64,000 nt of DNA from Cirrosporium novae-zelandiae (taxonomy: Eukaryota): the NCBI GenBank assembly GCA_026023565.1, contig JAPETS010000027.1:124001-188000 (forward strand). The letters run 5' to 3'. The stretch's first letter is position 1. Every line of letters begins with the position of its first letter. Under the pieces are notes generated by a model. It saw only the letters and a list, made by a program, of their open reading frames with translations. It was not told where the DNA came from and made no database searches. Made by a program: the position numbers and the translations under genes. Positions 56,082-64,000 of the stretch are shown here, in pieces.

Positions 56082-56957
56082 ATGGAGGGTACACCTCTGG
56101 ACGATGAAATTACAGCATTGCGTGCGATATATGGTGATGAAGTTATACGGCAGGATACAACTTCTTCGGATCAGAAAAATATCTTCATTCTAGATGTACC
56201 AGGAGACTTCCCGGCCTCAATTCGCCTCGCCTTTCCCGACGATTACCCTGAGAGTGCTCCGGAAGTGCTTGGTACACAGCATGTTCGGGAAGGAACAAGA
56301 AAAGGCGACGCTTCCAGAATTGCCGATCTTATTAGAGACATACTAGGGGAGGTATGGAGGCAGGGAGAAGTGTGTCTATATGATCTGATTGAAGAAGCAT
56401 CTGCCATCCTAAGCAATGAAGAGCAATCAGAACCTACAGACCAATACGCGAAAGATCTCCAGGATACTAAAGAAGATACTAAAAACGACGTTGAAAATAA
56501 TCCAGATTTAGCGACTCCAAGTGGGATTGAGCCTCCCTGGATAATTTCTGATGTTGTCACAGAAAAAAGATCAGTTTTCATTGCCCACTGCGCTCCAGTC
56601 ACCTCTGTGACGCAGGCAAAGCAATATCTAGATCATCTCATAAGCACAAACAAGAAGATTGCCAATGCTACCCATAACATAACCTCCTGGAGGATTCAGG
56701 AGGAGAGTGGAGCTGTCATCCAAGACTGTGATGATGATGGAGAATCGGCCGCCGGAGGAAGGCTCCTCCATCTCTTGCAACTGACTGACTCTTGGAATGT
56801 TGTTCTCGTAGTCACAAGATGGTATGGAGGTATCCTCCTGGGCCCGGACCGATTTAGAATCATCAACACTGTTGCTCGGGATGCCCTGGTCAAGGGAGGA
56901 TTCGTCAAGGAACATCCCTCAAGCGGAGCACACCCGAAAAAAAAAGGTAAAAAATAA
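56082..56957 (+). CDS. YIH1: IMPACT/Yih1 family protein (RWD + UPF0029 domains), Gcn1-Gcn2 regulator
   Basis: DEITALRAIYG and FPDDYPESAP (RWD); EKRSVFIAH, ATHNITSWRI, QDCDDDGESAAGGRLLHLL, VVTRWYGGILLGPDRFRIIN. First ATG is at 56082. Confidence 0.93.
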   Translation: MEGTPLDDEITALRAIYGDEVIRQDTTSSDQKNIFILDVPGDFPASIRLAFPDDYPESAPEVLGTQHVREGTRKGDASRIADLIRDILGEVWRQGEVCLYDLIEEASAILSNEEQSEPTDQYAKDLQDTKEDTKNDVENNPDLATPSGIEPPWIISDVVTEKRSVFIAHCAPVTSVTQAKQYLDHLISTNKKIANATHNITSWRIQEESGAVIQDCDDDGESAAGGRLLHLLQLTDSWNVVLVVTRWYGGILLGPDRFRIINTVARDALVKGGFVKEHPSSGAHPKKKGKK

Positions 56958-57134
56958 ACTCAATATGCCACATCTGTAACCTCTGGACATCCTTCAGAAT
57001 CCATTTACAATTTCAGGGTCTTTCGAAAGACTGGATAATTCCTTGTGAGCTGGCTTAGGATAGATCATTGTGAAGCACTTGTGTCTTATTTATGCAAGGT
57101 TCTATGGTTTTGGCTATCTAGGAAAAACAGCTTT

Positions 57135-59723
57135 TTATATCTTGCTCTTCGGACCAATCAATTCTTCAACCTTTGCAAACTGATAATAATAGTCAAGACA
57201 TTGTGGATTCAACAAAGTCCCAGAGGGTTTGACGATCATTCCTGACACGATCTGTTTTACTGGCAGTTCGACTTTCTTGAAGTTTACAGTTGTCTATAAT
57301 ATTTTAGTTGTTGGATCTATGGTGTTAGGAGGACTAAGAACTTACTGGAATTTCCGGGGCCTCGAAAACATATTTCGGCACATGTCTTTTACTCAGTCCT
57401 TCACCAATGGTCGTTTTGATATCGTTAACCAATTTACGTGTGAAGGGTACACCAGGTTTCATCAATAGGAATAGCATGACACTCTCATCATGGTCTTGTG
57501 GTCGTCGTTGTCCAACGCAGATTGAATCTGCAACACTATCTTCATACTTTTCGTCTATGATGTTGTATATCTCCGAGGATCCGAATCGTACGCCCGAAGG
57601 GTTCAAAACACCATCAGCTCGACCTAGGAATATCATTCCTTTGGTAAGGGGATGAATCATGACAAAATCCCCATGCGTCCACGTATCTACTCGAGTATTA
57701 GTGAGTGATGTGAAGACAAGAACGAAGATCTCACCATCAAACTTTGCAAAGTATGTTTCAAAATACTTGGATCCATCTTTATCATCCCAAAACATGACCG
57801 GCATGTTTGGAAAAGCTGCTGTTGCCACCAACTCCCCCGGGGTTCCATGCTCTACTTCTTTCCCCTTGACGCCTCGACCACCTTCTATCAATTGATCATA
57901 TACTTTGACTGGTGTTCCAAGACTCGGACCCTGACACCCGCCAACATATACCGGAAGAAGTGGGTTGTCTGTGGCGAGTGCTCCTGCTATATCGGTGCCA
58001 CCCGAGATGTTTCCAAGCTGAACATGCGGGGGGAAGCCATAATCATAAAACCATTCAAACAGAGCATCCGAAAGGACCATCCCTGTGCTTGTGACAAGAC
58101 GCAGATTGCTCAAATCCGTAATCTCTCGAGGCCGTATATGATTCTTGTGCAGTTCGTGTAGGTATCTTGGAGATGTTCCCAAATGGGTGACCCTGCAACG
58201 TAGTTTGGGTTAGATTAGCACTCAGATATCATGTCAATAGGAAAAGATGTGAAACTTACTTCTGATCCCCAAGCAATCTCAAGTACGTTGTTAGATCTGG
58301 CTTGAACGGGCTCCCATCATACATTATAATCTTGGTACCAAACAACAAACTCTGCACCAACCCTAGATACATGATCCACCCCGTAGTCGTGTATTGCATG
58401 TACGTCGCCTGCGGACCCATATGCCGATGCAAAACCCCCTCTTTCATCGCCGACAACACCACCCCTCCGGTGGAATGCACAATACATTTCGGCTGACCCG
58501 TCGTTCCACTCGAATAAACAATCAAGAACGGATCTCGAAACTCGACCCTCTCAAACACCAACTCCTCCCCCTCTGCCGCCTCCAAAAAGCTTCTATATGT
58601 CTGGCACATCCTCACACCCCCTACATCCTCCTCCTCCCCCATCCCAAACCTCGGCACAGCCACCATCCCCTCAAACTCTTCAACCCTTCCCTCCACTAAC
58701 CCCTCGACAACCACACCCATTTTCCCCCTCAAATCAACCCTCTTCCCGTTATAAACCGCCCAATCATCCATAAAAACCCACCTCGGCCTCACCTGCAGCA
58801 ACCGATCCAAAATCCCTTTGGTGCCCATATCCGTACTCGAACTCGTAAACAACGCCCCCAGACTCGCCGTCGCGAGAAATATCGTTAGCGTGTCCACGCT
58901 GTTGCTTGCGACCGCCGCCACCCGATCGCCTTTTTTGACGCCCCTGGCACGCAGCGCCTGGGATAATCTCCCTACTCGTTTTCGTAGCTGGCCCCATGTT
59001 ACGTCGCGCATGGATGAGCAGCCTTCACGAACTTCGACGACGGCGATTTTGGAATCTTCTTTTCCGTTTTTGGATTGCTGGGATGGACTGAATTTCGATT
59101 CTGATTTCGATGGAGGGGAACCACCACCTTCACCCCCGTTCACGACGTAACCAGGACTCGGATCCCTGAAAAGTGCATTCGACTCCGAAGAAAAAAGTAC
59201 ATTTTCCGCAAAGTTCAGCCGTACGCCCCTAAACCATTGTGGTATACTATCCATACGAGCGGATTCATCCACGACCTATTGCATTTTTTAAAAACACATT
59301 TCTTTCAAGCCCGTAGCCTGTCCATACATAAACCAAAAAAAAGAAAGAAAAAAAGGTCGACTCACTACTTCCAACTCCCCCCCAAAAACCAATCCAAAAT
59401 ACCCCCAAACATCCTCCCAAAATTCCGCTCGTTTCGTTATGGAATAGTTGTATAATTCCCAGAAGGTCTATTTATATAATTAACTCCTATCCCCCAGCCT
59501 CTCTCTCCTAGATAAAAATATAGATAATGGGAATACGACGTACAGGAAAATCATAACCTCTTTTTTCTTCAACGTGGGTTTTAAATTTATGCATTTGGGT
59601 TTTTTGGGGGGAGGAGGGCGTCCAGAGTTTGCGTGGGAGAGGGGTGGTATGGGTGGGGGGGAATGTAGGCATTGTTGTTTTTGGGAGTGGAGGGTTTGGG
59701 GAGTCTGAGGGTGGTGATGGCAT
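57135..59723 (-). CDS. Acetoacetyl-CoA synthetase; exons 59723-59544, 59467-59366, 59275-58260, 58192-57735, 57686-57346, 57293-57135
   Basis: WF.GVRLNFAENVL, YSSGTTGQPKCIVH, QYTTTGWIMY, ISGGTDI, WTHGDF, GRADGVLNPSGVRFGSSEIY, KKVELPVKQI. Five GT-AG introns are in phase; the protein ends GPKSKI*. Confidence 0.92.
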
Positions 59724-62700
59724 TGTTATATATTTATGGTCTGGGGGGGGGGGTTGAGAAGGAAGGACGAGGAGAGTTGGGAAGAAAAGTTTGATTGAAG
59801 GATTGATTATAATGTAATTAAGAAATAGGAAAATAGGGAAATACTAAGAGGAAAAAGAAGAAGTAGAAGAAGATGATGGGATAATTGATCAATTGACTGG
59901 TTGATTGATTACCTAGGTAATTATGTCCTACATATCTATCTACCAGGAAGGACAATTAATGTATGTAGTCTCTGTAGAGGCCATACCCCATAAGGTGCAA
60001 TGTGTGCAATAAGGTACGATGTGCAACCAAGGTCTAGTTCCGAGGTATAACCATACATACATGTATGTACTGTACAGTATTTAGTATTATTAGTCTAATT
60101 CCCACTTCCCACTTCCCCTCTCTCGATTACCTCTCGATTAGATCTACCATAGATATCTACCGAAACTACTTCCCAGACCTGACTATCTTCCCCTCCTCCC
60201 CTCTTTTTCTACTTCTTCTACTTCTACTTCTACTTCCTCATGAGCATTGGTATCGGCATTGGTATCGGCGTTCTTGGGTTCCACGCATGCTCTATGCAGG
60301 TGCTTCCTAAACAGCAAAGAAAACAGAGAGAAATAAAAGAGGGGATGAAAGGAGGGGAAGGGAACCGAAAATACAGTAGACGGGTGCTTAGATCTACATG
60401 TCTAACCCCCAGCGCCCCCCAAACCAGACAGGCACGCCAGGTTCTTTGAATTCTCGAATGCTCAATTAGATACACGGTACACAGTACAAAACACAACACA
60501 GTACCAGTACTTACCTCCCTTAGTACCAAGTTATCTCCGGAACCCTCAAATTTAAAATTCAAAAATTCAATTCAAATGACTCCCTCGCTCTCCTCTTCCA
60601 TCATATCTATGTACAGTACATTCGAATGTACTGTACCCCACATTTCGGTTTTGCTTTCGGTTTTGCTTTCGGTTTTGCTTTGAATGCCGAGGTTTACCTA
60701 TCTTGTGTTATGTATAACTACCTAGGTACCTAGGTAATTAGCCAATTGCTGGACTGTAACTAATTTGTCTTGTTTGCATTCCAGCACAGACCCTTTGAGG
60801 GATAGAACCATTATTTCTATCACCAATGGCCTTTTTTTCTAAATTATAATAATAACTAGATAGATAAATAAATAAATAGCTAGGTTCATACATTTCTTAT
60901 CCTCCATCTCCCATCTCCAATCCCTCACCCCTCCCCCCTCCCCTTCCAATCTCCACCTCCAAACACACACAAAAAAAAACCCCTAGATTTTCATATTCCA
61001 TATCCCCCCCCCACGGCTTAGCTCCCAGACCTTACTTAGTTCTTAATCTTTAGAACCTCAGTCCTTGGCTCTTAGCTAGGGGTTTGATGTTCCTTATAGC
61101 TATGTCTAGGGTATGTATGCGAGTATGTATGAGTGATAATATGATGATGATGGAGGATGTGAAATGATGAGATGAAAGGATTGGATATTATTTTATATTG
61201 CTTCATATTTAAATATATTTATCTATGTATAGTAGTAGTATTATAGTAGTAAGCTATATATCAAACCTCTTCCTTTCCTTTCCCCTTTCCTTTTCCTTCC
61301 TTCCCCCCTTCATAACACATACCTTAGTATACGGAAGACACGAGGGGGTCATAAGAGAAAAAAATTATTAGGACTGAAACCATTTGTATGTATATAGGAT
61401 AGAATAGGAGGGGGTATAAGACATAGGAATAGGAATGGAATGATGGATGGATTATAGGACGTATAGAGGGGAGGAGGTATAAAGGTATATAAAATGCTTG
61501 CCCTACTAGGTATCCAAGCATCCAAGCATCTAGGTATGTACAGTATATATATAGTTAAATACTATATACTATAGCACTATAGCACTATTATAGACTAACC
61601 GTGCCTGCCTGCCTGCGGGTTGGGAGGGGATTGATTTGGAGATTATTTACCAAGTATATAATTATAATATAATATATTAAAGACCTTTTTTATTATTCTA
61701 CTCTACTCTATTCTAGCCAGATATCCATCTCAGCTTCGGTTTCATATATTCATACATTCATACACCATACCACACCACACCATTCCCACACCCCTATATC
61801 CCCTCCATTCCCATCCCTATCCCAACATACACATACACATACACATCAAAGACAGAAAGAAAAGAAGGAAAGAAAATGTTAGAACTTAGAAGAAGAAGAA
61901 AAGCAAGACAAACAAAACCAACAAACACTTTCTCTTACTTACCTAGGTAGGTAGGCAGGTAGTGTAACTACTTGTAAGCTAAAAAGGGACGGGGTGGGAA
62001 AGGGACGCTTGACGTGGAATGGGATGGATGTTGAGTTGGATGGGGATGTGGATGAAATGGGATATACCTAGTTATAATATAACCTACTGTAGCTGTGTCG
62101 TATTGTAGTGCCCATAACATCAAAAACACATCACCAATAAACAAACAGATTCCATATATATTTCCTTTTCGTCCTCTTTTTTTTATTAAGGTGAAATGTA
62201 TGTATGTATATATGTATGTATGTTAGAAGGGTAGTCTAAGGCCAACACTTCCCTCCCTCCCTACCTACCGAGCCTACCGAACTATAAGCCCCCCCAAAAA
62301 AGGACGTGGGATATTTAGTGTTAGGGTATAGGATAATAGATATAGAATATAGATTATATAACCTGGCTGTGTTGTGTGTGTGTGTATGTGTGTGTGCGGG
62401 AATAGAAAAGTAGTGGTGTCACTCACTAGAATGAATAAATAAATAAATAATAATTCATCCATCCATACATACATACATACGTAAGTACCTAGTTTAAGTA
62501 AAGCTAATAATAATAATAATAGATAATGATATCTCAAATGAAAAAAAAAAGACATTTCTGGTATCGTGTTTTTTTTTCTTTCCTTCTTTCTTTCTTCTGT
62601 GTGCCACCCCCTCCTCCCCTTTCTTGACGTTAACGGTAATGACAAATTGTGGATATGGGTTGATGATGATAACAACAACAACGATAAAGTAGCCACACCA

Positions 62701-63016
62701 GATAGATCCCAATTCAGTTTCGGTTTCAAGGCGTAAGATAGATGCCCATTAAAAGAGAAAAAAAATATTTACTACTTCCCCATACCCCCATACCGCCCAA
62801 CCCTTACTTTCTGATTTCGCATCACATTGTGTCATCCCATCCCCACCAGTCAGTCAATGTTTTCTTCCATCAGTTCATTCAGATCAAAAACGCCTCCGGC
62901 TCATGCGGTTCAGTGAAATGTCAACATGGAAGGTGATCCAGCACCAACCATTAAGATTCCAAACCCAGGTTCCCCCTTTTTATTTCTCTTTTCTTGGCTC
63001 GTTTTTCAAATCCCTT

Positions 63017-64000
63017 TCATCTCCATAAATCTCTTGTTACTTTCTTGCCCGAGGAGCTAGAAGGCCTCTTGGGTCCATCATCAGCAGGTACGGCCAAAAA
63101 CCCACCAAACCCGTTCCCGACAATCATGCTCCTTCTCTCTCCTCCACCCCACGAAGGACTCAGCTGTAGATCCGACATGCTGATCGGTCTTGTGACGCTG
63201 CTGGCGCGACGGCCCCTCCCGGTTGGTTCTGGTGGTGCAAAGGTCGTGAAATTCCATTCTAGTTCATCCAGGCCTTTGCTATAGACGATGAGGTTCTGTT
63301 GCAGTCCTCGGAATGGGTTTTTGCTTTCTGAAGCGAATACGGGGGCGGGAGGGAGAAGAGTCAGCCTTTCGGGGAAGCCAGAGTCACGGACATAGAGTTT
63401 GGCGAGGACGGGGAGGGAGTTTGATTGAAGGGAGCTGGTTAGGTACGTGTAATATGATTCTGTGGGTGAGATTATATCTTTTGTGGCGCTTGATTCTGTA
63501 ATTTCAAAGCGAAGAGTTTTTAAGCTGCGAGATGCCAGGGGAGGTAATTGATCTGGGGGAAGAGAACGGAAAATGGGCATGGTGACGGAGAGCTCGGTGA
63601 GTTTAGGGGCTGCGCTCAAGATCTGGTGGAGCGACTGGACTGTTACACCCGTGTTATTTAAAGTTAAGGAGGCAAGTGTTTTGCGGCATTCCGGCCGACC
63701 AAGATATGTTAGAAGCCCTTCGGTGGTTAATTTAGGCAGATCACTAAGTGAAATTTTCTGTAGTGGAGGAAAGGAAGGTAAAGACGGCCGGGAGAAAAAG
63801 ACGTCATCATCAAAACAATCCAGCTCCGAGACTATAAGCTCTCGCAATCGATGGAATGCGCCCAAAGTATGTAGAAGTGTTTGAGGTTCGATCCTCAAGC
63901 CTTTGATATCTAGGACTTGAAGATTTTGCCAGGGCTGTCGCTGGCATAGATCACCAAAGCTTCGTTCTGATCCCAGAGTGTATTTCATCAAGCGAATATC
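63017..64000 (-). CDS. Leucine-rich-repeat (RNI-like), probably F-box protein; 3' portion only, 5' end lies beyond the window
   Basis: Open frame of at least 324 aa with LQVLDI, LRELIV, LQKISLSDLPKLT, LASLTL, LTELSV repeats and a C-terminal VGNGFGGFLAVP motif. The F-box itself is not visible. Confidence 0.65.
   Translation of the reverse strand, partial: DIRLMKYTLGSERSFGDLCQRQPWQNLQVLDIKGLRIEPQTLLHTLGAFHRLRELIVSELDCFDDDVFFSRPSLPSFPPLQKISLSDLPKLTTEGLLTYLGRPECRKTLASLTLNNTGVTVQSLHQILSAAPKLTELSVTMPIFRSLPPDQLPPLASRSLKTLRFEITESSATKDIISPTESYYTYLTSSLQSNSLPVLAKLYVRDSGFPERLTLLPPAPVFASESKNPFRGLQQNLIVYSKGLDELEWNFTTFAPPEPTGRGRRASSVTRPISMSDLQLSPSWGGGERRSMIVGNGFGGFLAVPADDGPKRPSSSSGKKVTRDLWR

Overview
Eukaryotic DNA from a filamentous ascomycete (Pezizomycotina-type genes with short GT-AG introns and CTRAY branch points). 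Recognisable genes: nmrA, ribokinase, VPS54, a Zn2Cys6 transcription factor, RPL4 (8 exons), a DUF3433-type membrane protein, an AA11 LPMO, IMPACT/YIH1, acetoacetyl-CoA synthetase and the 3' part of an LRR/F-box-type gene. Many intergenic spacers are filled with simple repeats. A gene-poor stretch of about 22 kb (21.1-43.4 kb) holds a 3-exon orphan gene, a GC-rich hairpin island, a nested inverted-plus-direct repeat element and a decayed divergent aldolase/aminotransferase pair. It also holds the best candidate for something undescribed: about 1.8 kb of non-coding sequence (34.85-36.6 kb) that base-pairs by eye into a nested, G-U-containing RNA structure ending in an Sm-like site. This resembles a telomerase RNA but lacks a canonical TTAGGG template. 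Two RPL4 introns also carry strong RNA structure. All folding and homology calls were made by eye; no searches were run.
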